A stretch of DNA of 64,000 bases, taken from Sphaerodactylus townsendi. Taxonomy: Eukaryota. Within the stretch, counting starts at the first letter, position 1, and each line of letters starts with the position of its first letter. Under the pieces are notes generated by a model. It saw nothing but the letters and a program-made list of their open reading frames with translations. It was not told the DNA's origin and searched no databases. Shown in pieces: positions 25,847 through 36,900 of this stretch. The stretch covers positions 20,770,001 to 20,834,000 of the forward strand of contig NC_059439.1 in assembly GCF_021028975.2 (NCBI RefSeq), in the 5' to 3' direction. The translations under genes were made by a program, and so were the position numbers.

Positions 25847-26812
25847 ATGGACAAAGAGCAGGTCAACCACTGGGAGAATCATAGCACAGTGGATGAGTTC
25901 ATTCTGTTGGGATACCAGGAATACCCTGCCCTCCTGTTCATTGCCTTTCTGGCTACCTACATAACCATTCTACTAGGCAATGGTCTGATTGTGCTGGTGA
26001 CAACATTGGACCCTGCCTTACGTACCCCCATGTACTTCTTCCTGAGAAGTCTGTCAGGGTTGGAGATGTGTTACACTTCAGTAACACTTCCTAAAATGAT
26101 GGCCAACCTAGTCTCTGGAGACCATTCCATTTCCCTGCCAGCGTGTGCTATGCAAATGTTCTGCATGCTCTTTCTCGGTGGAACTGAGTGCTTCCTGCTG
26201 GCAGCCATGGCCTACGACCGCTACCTTGCCATTTGCCTGCCTCTTCGCTACATGATCATCATGAGCCCCAGGGTGCGTGTGGGGATGGTGGTCATCTCCT
26301 TTGCCATCAGCTTCCCTATACAGTTGTTGCAAATCGGGCTCATCTTCTCCTTGCCCTTCTGTGGATCCAACGAGATCGATCACTTCTTCTGCGACATCCC
26401 ACAGGTGCTCAAATTGGCGTGCGCTGACCTGTATGCCAACGAAGTGGCTGTGTACACTGAGAACATTTTCTTTGTGGTGGTCCCCTTTGTGCTCATTGTG
26501 GCCTCCTACGTACACATAGCCAGAGCAATACTACAAATGCCTTCAGGCACCGGCCGCCAAAAAACATTTTCCACTTGCTCTTCTCACCTCACAGTAGTAA
26601 GTCTCTTCTATGGCTCAGCAATGCTAGTTTACCTTTGCCCACAGACCAGTGACTTTGCAAGGTTTTCCAAATTCCTCTCCTTGCTCTATACCATCATCAT
26701 TCCCCTTTGCAACCCCCTTATCTACACTCTGAGAAACAGGGAAGTAAAGGCTGCCTTTGGTAGACTGTTGGGCAAGAAACTGTCTTTGGAAGGCAATACA
26801 AGGATTAACTGA
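25847..26812 (+). CDS. Olfactory receptor OR-2 (class II, family 10-like), 321 aa, intact, paralog of OR-1
   Basis: Motifs LRTPMYFFL, MAYDRYLAIC, HFFCDIP, KTFSTCSSHL, PLCNPLIYTLRN. ATG follows acceptor tttgtacctctgcag; the ORF-track start at 25826 is probably intronic. Confidence 0.95.
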   Translation: MDKEQVNHWENHSTVDEFILLGYQEYPALLFIAFLATYITILLGNGLIVLVTTLDPALRTPMYFFLRSLSGLEMCYTSVTLPKMMANLVSGDHSISLPACAMQMFCMLFLGGTECFLLAAMAYDRYLAICLPLRYMIIMSPRVRVGMVVISFAISFPIQLLQIGLIFSLPFCGSNEIDHFFCDIPQVLKLACADLYANEVAVYTENIFFVVVPFVLIVASYVHIARAILQMPSGTGRQKTFSTCSSHLTVVSLFYGSAMLVYLCPQTSDFARFSKFLSLLYTIIIPLCNPLIYTLRNREVKAAFGRLLGKKLSLEGNTRIN

Positions 26813-27105
26813 GACCATCAAGCAATTGTCACCCATGTTTCAACTTATTAAATAACCCCTGTCCCTTCCCCTAATTTTTTTAGCTTGTTGAGATTCTAGC
26901 ATAATGTGGATAATCACAAGCACACACGGAAATGCTGAAAGGAGTAGTAAGTGTTTGAACTGTACAGTCAGAAGTTTTCTCTGACAATATTGTTGAGCCT
27001 GTGAGTTTCCCTGCCTTGATTTTTGCCGCAAATTAACAGGACATGTGTCATACAATCCTAAATAATGGAACCCACACCATAAGCATTGGTAAGACTGCAA
27101 AAAGG

Positions 27106-27998
27106 ATATTAAGAAAGAACATGAAATATTATTTTTGTATATGACAACGGCTGCTAGAATTGTTTACGCAAAAGACTGGAAAATGCCACATATTCCGGAA
27201 CTAAACAAGTGGCTTTCTAAAATGCTAGAGTTTTTAGTTATTGATAAACTTTCAACTCTCAAAAAATAACAGAATTTGGAAACTTTCAGGAAAAATTGGA
27301 ATCCTTTGATTATTTTTTTTCAGAAAACACAGCAATACCATTAAGAGAATTGTAATTTATAATAGGTATTGGTATATTAACTTACAAAATTGTATTCTGT
27401 TTCCTCCCTCTAGATGTACTTATTAAGATAGAATATATCAGATGAAAAGTTCTTCTTCGCCAGGAAAAAAAAATACTTTTGAGTTATCTTTGTTGTTATG
27501 ATGATGGCTATGATTACTTTGTTGGTTGCTTGTTGCTGCAATTTAAATTGCAATAAGAACTTTCATGAATGTAACTAATTGTACATTATTGAGTTTTTGT
27601 GTATGTATATATATATATGTGTGTGTGTGTATATATATGTACATATATATGAATAGACTGTAAGATGGTAAAGGTTAGAATGTTTCTTTTTTGAGTTCAG
27701 AGATATGTAAACCTAGCTGGNNNNNNNNNNNNNNNNNNNNNNNNNNNNNNNNNNNNNNNNNNNNNNNNNNNNNNNNNNNNNNNNNNNNNNNNNNNNNNNN
27801 NNNNNNNNNNNNNNNNNNNNNNNNNNNNNNNNNNNNNNNNNNNNNNNNNNNNNNNNNNNNNNNNNNNNNNNNNNNNNNNNNNNNNNNNNNNNNNNNNNNN
27901 NNNNNNNNNNNNNNNNNNNNNNNTAATTGCTTATAAATGATTGTATTATGAATTGTATGATAATGAACTACCAATAAACTTTTTTTAAAAAGGGAAAA
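27106..27998 (+). mobile_element. L1-like LINE 3' end (spans a gap)
   Basis: YMTTAARIVYAKDWK..LNKWL ORF2 C-terminus, AATAAA, 15-bp TSD aagactgcaaaaagg. Confidence 0.75.
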
Positions 27999-28520
27999 AA
28001 GACTGCAAAAAGGTTTGTGTAAGGATAATCAAAGGATAGGATTGTTCTACAGTGAAACAAAGGCTATTCAGCACTTTGGAGGCAGCTGCCAGTTTGTACG
28101 CATTGTCATTTAACCATATCAACATGAAAATGTCACCGTTGGTGAGGAAAGACAGGAACATCTATGGGAGAGCTGGCCAATGGGCAATTTTTAAAAAGTT
28201 GCAAATGCCAATTATCTCCGGTTGGCTTCTTGTGCTGCAGTTTCCATCCATAATGGGAGACAAAAGAAATCAGAGTATTTTCACCCATGAGGCTTCAATG
28301 GCTTCTGAGTCTCTACCATGCGATTCATTTGAGCATTGAGATAGTAGAAGTCAAAGCAGAAAAGTGGGCATTTACCATGTTAATGAGCATTCTGTCTGGG
28401 ACTACCTGGTCTACTGCTTTTATAGAAGACCTCCCCATCTCCTCTGGCCCCAGTGCTCTCCTACTGTCCAGTGCAGCAGCAGGAGAGACTGGGCTGAACA
28501 GGTGACATCATAGTAGCACA

Positions 28521-29020
28521 TAGGGTTTCTAACCTCCAGGTGGTGCTGAACTCTCCTGGGGCTACAACTGATCTCCAGGTGACAGAGGGCTTTTCCCCAC
28601 TTACCTTCTGCTGCGCGCTACTCTCCCCAAGTAGCTCGGGGTCCCGCAGCACTCCCCACTACAGGGGCGGCGACAACACAGCCACCCTGAAGCTGCCGCT
28701 CTCGCTCCCCCTCCACGTGCGTCATTCCTGGCACTCTTCAAAACGGCACCTTTCGATGACCCCGCGCAGAGCGTGGGGTCGTGGGGAACCCTGGGTGCAC
28801 GCCAGAAATGATGCGCGCTGAGAGTAGCGCGCAGCAAAGGGGAAACGACCAAAGTGGGGAAACAGCCAGAGATTAGTTCACCTAGAGAAAATGGCCACTT
28901 TGGAAGGTGGACTATATGTCATTATACCCCATTATACCCCATTATACCCCTCAAAACCCTGCCCTCAGGCTCCACCCATAAAATTTCCAAGTATTTTCCA
29001 ACCTGAAGCTGGAAACCCTA
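28521..29020. mobile_element. Same hAT MITE family carrying a nested GC-rich Harbinger-like MITE (~28588-28867)
   Basis: Host termini tagggtttc/ggaaacccta; nested element ggcttttccccactt...aagtggggaaacagcc with a short (~3-bp) duplication. Confidence 0.75.
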
Positions 29021-29321
29021 GCCACACATAACCATAAAACCACTATTGTACCATTTATTTTGCCCTTATCACATCTTTGCCCCCACCTTTCTACAACATG
29101 TAGTACATGAAATTATCCCATCTTCTTTTCACAGCATCCTTTGAGACTGAAAGGCACAGTACTGGGTGCCCATGAGATGTTTCATGCCCACCCTGCTACG
29201 CCTCAGTTTTCCTTTCACATCTACCTGCTCATTTGGGGTACAATATCATCACCCCAGTCACTTTTCAGCCAACCATGTGCCACTTTGTTCCTCTTTCCCA
29301 GGACAAAGAAAATAGTTTCAG

Positions 29322-29570
29322 TGATATTTCATGTGAATAAACTTTCTAATTGTTTCACTTCATGTGATGTCTCAGCAGAAGCCAATCCACTGGGAGATGA
29401 TTATCTCCAACATCATTTGCCAAAATTAATGTCTTTCTTGTTTTACTTCCCAATGGATTTTCAGAAGAAATGAACTTGGCCAACAATAATCATGCCTGAC
29501 AGGCACTATAAAAACCCAATTCAAAGAGGGGAGAAAAGTAGGGATAGGCAGAGCTCTGTTCATTTTATGT
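29322..29570 (+). promoter_or_regulatory. Conserved V2R upstream block (candidate promoter) before V2R-B
   Basis: GAATAAACTTTC, CATGTG, GCCAAT and TATAAAA (29507); homologous blocks recur upstream of V2R-C and V2R-D. Confidence 0.5.
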
Positions 29571-29749
29571 CTTCTTGCATTTATATTTTGTCATTTCCTC
29601 CTTATATTTTTCCTCAAACTGTTTCTGTTTCTTAAAAAAAAAATAGGTTACCTGGGAATAACTTTGTACCTAGTCTGTCCTATTTTCCAGATTGTTTTAG
29701 AGTGACCTAGATGCTATAGTGAGAAATATTTTACCGGGGGTGGGGGGGT

Positions 29750-30002
29750 TGCCTTCAAATCACCGTTGACTTATTGTGACTCCACAGGGTTTTCAAGGCA
29801 AGAGACGTTCAGAGGTAATTTGCCATTGCCTCCCTCCATGTCACATTCCTGGTATTGCTTGGAGGTCTTCTATCCAAATACTTCTCAGGTCAAGGCTGAG
29901 AATGTGTAACTAGCCCAAGGTCACCTAGCAAGTTTCCATGGCAGAGTGGGGATTCACAACTGAGTTTTCTAGATCCTAGTCAGACACCTTAACGACTGCA
30001 CT
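29750..30002 (-). mobile_element. SINE (family also at ~25320-25545)
   Basis: Shared cagaggtggtttgccattgcc..aggtcacccagcaagtttccatg..agatcctagtc and a tRNA-like head. Confidence 0.65.
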
Positions 30003-30544
30003 ACGGTTCCAGCTTATAGCAACCCTATGAATTAATGACCTTTGAAATGTCCTATTGCTAATAGCCTTGTTCAGGTCTCACGAACTGAAAGCCATGGCTT
30101 CCTTTATTTAGTCAATCCATCTCTTTTCGTTCCACCTTCAACTTTCCCTAACATTATTGTCTAAGTGACTCTCGTCTTCTCGCAATACAACACTTATAAT
30201 ATTTTATAAGGTACAGTTGCCTAATATATACAAACATTCATACTGCCATTGAATGGCTTTTATTGGTGGCAACAATCCTGTATCCTGCACTATTACTGCT
30301 GACATTAAAAAATAGTTTTACTGAGTATTTTTGTCCTTTCCTTTGCAAACAGTTTCTGGCATCTCTCATTGCACAGCTACACCTTAAGATTTATTTTAAA
30401 AAAATATTTAGAGCTAAAACAAAAGCCCATTCCTTCTGAGATGTGAAAATGGGGACATGGGAGGAAAATTCAGTCTTGGGATACTGGGTAACAAAGCATA
30501 ATAAAATTAGCCCTTATTACAATAAAGCAGGGCACGTAGAGATA

Positions 30545-30830
30545 ACAATGTAGATAACAGTAAAGGTTCAAGCACCAAGTCATTACTGAACCCATAGGGT
30601 GATGCCACATTGTGATGCTGACTAGACAGACCCTGCTTATCAGGTGATTTGCCATTGCCTTCCCCAGACTTGTACCCTTTATGTCCAGCAAGTTGGGTAC
30701 TCATTTTACCAACCTTGGCAGGCTGAGTCGATCTTGAGATGGATTATCTGTAAGTGACTTTCATCTAGATCAAACTCAGGTCATGAGAAGAGCTTGGACT
30801 GCAATGCTGCAGCTTACTACTTCACTGACT
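30545..30830 (-). mobile_element. Sauria-type SINE just upstream of V2R-B exon 1
   Basis: gggtactcattttacc..ggctgagtc hallmark. Confidence 0.65.
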
Positions 30831-30915
30831 GAGCTTTGAACCAGTGCACTGGTGTGATCTGACACTTATGGGAGATGGTTTCTAGCTTCTGTTAGATAAT
30901 GCTGTAGGCGAAAAC

Positions 30916-33900
30916 ATGGGCATCTGCATCTGGAAGGAGAGTATGGCCACAAAGACGATACTGATAGTGGTGCTGCTGCTTGATCTGCAGTGTCAGATGG
31001 TGTGCGACACACATTCCATTAACTGCACCCCCTGTGATGACCCCCTGCCTATTTTCCATGAATTTTATCAGCCAGGAGACTTTATCATTGGTCAGATCGT
31101 CAGTCACATCTTCTTGCTTCACGATTCTCCCTCGTTCCAAGAACAGCCCACGGAGAAGCTGATCGATGAACGTTTGTAAGGAATTCTCTTCTTTTTGCCA
31201 ATAACTTTGTGAGATTTGACAAATGTTTAAGCAATGAGTTCCATATTGAAAAGTCATGTTTCAGATTTAGGGTACCATTTAGGTTTGCAGAAAAATCTTA
31301 AATCTTTTTTAAAAAGTACATGCAGGAGTAATTATCCAAAAAGTAAAATGATGAGAAAATAGACAGGATGAGGAGACATTACCTTAGAAGGGCCTTTTTA
31401 TCATTCTCACCTCTTTAGACTTCTGTTTTGGCTCAGGACATTTTTATTCATGATGTTTAGTGGCCTCAGGGTTCACAATAAAAGCCTTCTCAACAAGAAG
31501 GCTACCCCCTCCCCAGCCTGAAACCTTAATCGCCTTGTATAAGCACAGTTTTGTTCCACTTCTTATCAGCACTTTCAAGTTACAGTTAGGCGTATTTCAT
31601 AACATATTGTCTAACCTGGCCTTCCACCAGGGTCTGATATTTCTGCAGTTTGTCTTCAAATTTTCATTGATCGGTTAAATATTCAGACTCTTGGTAACTT
31701 TTTGGTAAGACTGCTTCAATTTATATTTTCTGTTTGCTTTGAATACATTATCTCTTCCGTGGGTCCCGTCTCCAATTGATTATGCAGCAAGGGGTACTCA
31801 TTGTAGAAATCTTTTTCAAACTGTTCCAGAAGTGCCTGTCTCTGAAATAACCATATTCACATCCAAGTTGGAAGCTACATCTCAGCATATCTTAAGTGAT
31901 AAGCATAAAGGGATTTGGGCGTCTTAGTTGATAGTTCCATGGGAATGTCAACTCAATGCATGGCAGCTGTGAAAAAGGCAAACTCTATGCTGGGGATAAT
32001 TAGGAAAGGAATTGGGAATAAAACTGAAAAGATTGTCATGCCCTTATATAAAGCAGTGGTGCGACCACACTTGGAGCACTGTGTTCAGTTCTGGTCGCCA
32101 CATCTCAAAAAGGATATTGAAGAGATAGAAAAAGTGCAGAGAAGGGCAACGAGGATGATTGAGGGACTAGAGCACCTTCCTTATGAGGAGAGGCTGCAGC
32201 GTTTGGGACTCTTTAGTTTGGAGAGGAGACATCTGAGGGGGGATGAGGATTGAAGCCTACAAAAGTCTGCATGGGATACAAACTGTTGACAGAGGGGCAT
32301 TTTTCTCTCTTTCTCACAATACTAGGAACCAGGGGGGCATACATTGAAAATGCCATGGGAAGAATTAGAACTAATAAAAGGAAACACTTCTTCACGCAAC
32401 GTGTGATTGGTGTTTGGAATATGCTGCCACAGGAGGTGGTGATGGCCACTAACCTGGATAGCTTTAAAAAGAGCTTGGACAGATTTATGGAGGAGGAGTC
32501 GATCTATGGCTACCAATCTTGATCCTCTTTGATCTGAGATTGCAAATGCCTTAACAGACCAGGTGCTCGGGAGCAACAGCCGCAGAAGGCCATTGCTTTC
32601 ACATCCTACATGTGAGCTCCCAAAGGCACCTGGTGGGCCACTGCGAGTAGCAGAGAGCTGGACTAGATGGACTCTGGTCTGATCCAGCTGGCTTGTTCTT
32701 ATGTTCTTATGTTCTTATCTTAAGTGATAAGCTCTTTGATCTGCAGAAATCAACGTGAAGCTTGTGACAGTGGGAAGATAAGAGATTATTCAGCAGCTGC
32801 TATGATGAAGAATGCAAATGCATTTTCTCTGTTTGGCTAATCAATGTATAATTCTCATTGCAGCTCGGTGCCAAAGCACTACCAGAACATCCTGGCATTG
32901 GTATTTGCTATAAAAGAGATTAATGAAAATCCAAAGTTCTTATCAAATATAACCTTGGGTTTCCACATCCTTAGTGGTTACTACTTGGCAAAGATCACCT
33001 ACAAAGCCACCCTGAACCTGCTTTCGACACACAATATGTTCATCCCCAACTACAGATGTGATGCTCAGGAAAGATTAATATCTGTCATTGGATCACGCCT
33101 CACCGAAACCTATGCCAGCATGGCCACCATCTTGACTAACTACAAAATTCCTCAGGTAAACTATGGGGATGGGATAGAGACCCCGCAAGTGAAGCATTAG
33201 TCAAGATATGATGGTCAGAAATGGGGAAGGATCATGCTTTATGAGGCATGTTTTACCAAGCAATTTGAGTCTATTCCAAGAGTGTACCTAGTTTTGAGAA
33301 CTGTTTGGGGATTCTATTGGTGTGGCATCTACCATGCTGTCCAAGCATCTTATCTACTGAACTAATGAAGGCAATCTCAGATCTGTTGTTGATCCTGGAG
33401 ACTAAAATCTTTATGCTGTCCATGTCCAGGTCAGTGAAAGCTAGCCAACTCTCCATGATAGCCATATGACTTTCTCAGATACAACACATTCTCACCTGTG
33501 CAATTAGTTATCCGGTCTTAAGTTCTGATGTGGAATATGATTCGATACTAAGAAGATATCCTGAGTCACTATTACAACAGATTGACCATTATCAGTTGCT
33601 TTGGATCCAGAGACTGATTTTTCTGGACTAATTCCTGACGGCTATGAGGGAGTTTATGGTACCAGCTGAAGTCCTTGTTGATCTCTGGAGATGACTTGGG
33701 CAGTTAATATGACATGATCCCTGATAGATATGCTATAACTTCTTACTGAGCCAGATCAGTTTTGTGGTTTGCTAAGGATCTTGTAGCCATGAAGTGTTTG
33801 GGTAGTTGGTTCTACAGGGGGGGGAACTAATGAGCTGTTACCAAATACAGACTAAAGTACATCTTCATAGTTACTCTGAGGTGGTGGTGATGGCAAAGCA

Positions 33901-36900
33901 TCTGTACATCTCGATGATCATTACCTGTCCAGCTTGGGTGTCCTAAGTAGTGAGAGGACTTTCACCTCTGGCCCCTTACTCAGATCCTTTTCTGAAGCAT
34001 TTCATGGATCAAAGTGTTTCTTTACAGCTCAATTGAGACAGCACTTTCTCAACAGGACAGTATCAGAATGTTAACACAGCATAGTCTAGTCACAATGGTT
34101 GGATAAGTGTCATTTACTGCGGCCTGATGATGTGATACTTTGCCGGATATGCTCTAATGCTATTATGCTCAATACTTGCTAATTCTAATTATTTACATCT
34201 ACCCAGAAGGGACACCTGGATCCTGAAAATAGTGAATCCTGCATTAAGAGTGATTGTGAAATCTCTCCGGAAGAATCCCATTTTGGGAGATGACAGATGG
34301 GAAGCCCCATCCACAAGCTGGGTGCCTGGCAGTGGTGCCATGGCCGCACCCAGCTACTTCCCCCAAAGAGACTCCTCAGCAGCACAGGGAGATTGAAAAA
34401 GTCATACAGCCTCCCTGACTCTGAGGACTCTCTATGGGCCACAATGGACTTACACCAGCCAAAAAGCTGGCTTAAGTCCCAGCTGCAGCCCACTGGGAGT
34501 GAGCAGGATAATGTCAGCTTCTCCCCTGGCCATGCCCCTGGCCTGCCCCCCAGTTTCAGTGTCAGGGGGCAGCAGCAAAATCACTCCTCGGTCGAATCCC
34601 CACTACCGTCTTAGCCAGGTTTCAGAACACAAACTAACCAGGTTTGAGGGACGACCTCCCCGGTTGAATCCCCACTACCGTCTTAGCCAGGTTTCAGAAC
34701 ACAAACTAACCAGGTTTGAGGGATGACCTCCCCGGTCGAATCCCCACTACCGTCTTAGCCAGGTTTCAGAACACAAACGACCTCAAACCTGGTTAGTTTG
34801 TGTTCTGAAACCTGGCTAAGACGGTAGTGGGGATTTGACCCTCCTCTTGGGTAAGCCCACTGGGCAAGTCCACTGGAGTCACTGTGCACCACTCCCACAG
34901 GCGGATTTGGCCCTGACCGCCACCCCCTCCAGATGGGGCTCATAAATAATCCTCACTTTTAAAGCAAGACGACTGAGTTGATGGTTACTGTATGGCTCCA
35001 GATTTTCATGAATGAAGCCATTATTTTAATCCATTGCAATCCCGCTTTAGATCTAGATTTAGAAATAAAACTGTTTTGTTTTCAGGTGACTTTCACTGGG
35101 AAAGAAATGAGGATTCTCGGGGATCTCTGAGCAGTCTTCAGTTCGATTATTTAGCAAGAGTAGGTTTCTTGAGTCTTGAGAGAACCACACAAGTTGCTTC
35201 CTCTTTTCCCAAGGCCAGAATTTACAGTGTTGATTATAACCATTAAAGTCCTAAATACTGTCAAAGGCTTTCACGACCAGAATCACTGGAGTGTTGTATG
35301 ATTTCCAGGCTGTATGGCAGTGTCCTAGTAGCATTTTCTCCTGACATTTCACCTGCATCTGTGGCTGGCATCTTCAGAGGATCTGAAACATTGGGAGAAA
35401 ATGCTACTGGAACACAGCCATACAGCCCGGAAACCACACAACACACCAAAGTCCTAAATAGTTTTGGACCAGAGCATTTGAATGACTTTTTAAGTAAATC
35501 TGGAAACCCTGCTATATGCACTATTATTGAGATACTTACAGGGCATTTTATTTTGCTACTTAATTTTGGGAAAGATATTTTTTAACTTATTTGCAGTTCA
35601 ATCCTTTAAAAACCTCCGCATTAATAGGAACAATACAGATTTTCCAAATGAATGAATAAAAGAAATATACCACAACTCCTACATATGTCTCTATTTTTTC
35701 CAGTTCACTTATGAATCATTTACACCAGCACATGGTGATAGAATACTTTTCCCATCCATGTATGAAATGGTCCCCAGTGAGTCCTTTCAGTACATGGGGG
35801 TTGCCCAGTTACTTCACTACTTCAAATGGACATGGATAGGGCTATTTGCTGTAGATGATGACAATGGGGAGAAGTTTTTGCAGACAGTGACACCCCTGCT
35901 CTCCCAGAATGGAATCTGCTTTGACTTCATTCTAAGAACCCCTAAACGGACTGATACTAATGATTTGATAGAACAGCTTTTAAGCCTGCTGGAGAAATAT
36001 CCAGTTCTTGTAAATAGCACCGCAAATGCATATTTCATATACGGACTATCTACATCCATGTACACTTTGAGGATGTTGCTGGGTATGGCACAACAATCTT
36101 CGTTGCCACCTCTGAGTAAAGTGTGGATTGTTACATCACAATGGGGTTTTGAATCGGTTTCCCTTCAAAGGATTTGGGACACACAGATCTTCCATGGAGC
36201 AATTTCCTTCACAGTTCATTCCAATCAGCCACCAGGATTCCAAAACTTCCTTCAGATCATAAAACCTTCCAAGGCAAAAGGTGATGGTTTTATCCAGGAC
36301 TTTTGGGAGCAGGCGTTTGACTGTTCCTTTAAACATTCTGATGAATCTGAAGAAATCAAAAAACCTTGCACTGGAGAGGAGAAACTGGAAAGTCTTCCTG
36401 GGACTTTGTTTGAAGTGAGCATGACAGGACAAAGCTACAACGTCTACAATGCTGTCTATGCTGTGGCACATGTTTTGAATGCCTTGGATACATTTCAGTT
36501 CAAATCAAGAGCACTGGTCCAACAAAGGGAGTGGAAATTTCAGAATCTGGAACCATGGCAGGTAATTATACCACAAAAACACTATTTAAAAAAAATAGAA
36601 TGTCATCCAGGGATTGACAGAATTATGCCCTGCTATTGAGTCTAAAACAACTTCAGTAGAATGATAGTCATCCAGTTTTGACTGTCATAAGAATATACTG
36701 CCAAATCAGAACTACAATCCTGTCATACACAGTAGCCAACCAAGTACTCTGGAGGGGTATACATAACCAGAGGGCACACATTGAAAATGCTGGGGGGAAG
36801 AATTAGAACTAATAAAAGGAAACATTTCTTCACACAACACGTGATTGGTGTTTGGAATATGCTGCCAATAGGAAAAGATGGCCACTAATCTAGATAGTTT

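Noticed and set aside
26108-26519. Antisense and alternate-frame ORFs over OR and V2R exons
   Set aside because: Expected shadows of real coding sequence.
29322-29473. The same reading frame is open for ~45 codons in four copies of the V2R upstream block (..CDVSAEANPLGDD.., ..CGATAKANPLSDD.., ..SDVSSEANPFSHD..), suggesting a hidden micropeptide family
   Set aside because: Differences between copies fall mostly at codon positions 1-2 (non-synonymous), and there is no shared start codon or splice site. This is the pattern of non-coding homology.
34590-34780. CRISPR-like repeat array
   Set aside because: Eukaryotic DNA; contiguous repeats with no unique spacers; explained as MITE arms.
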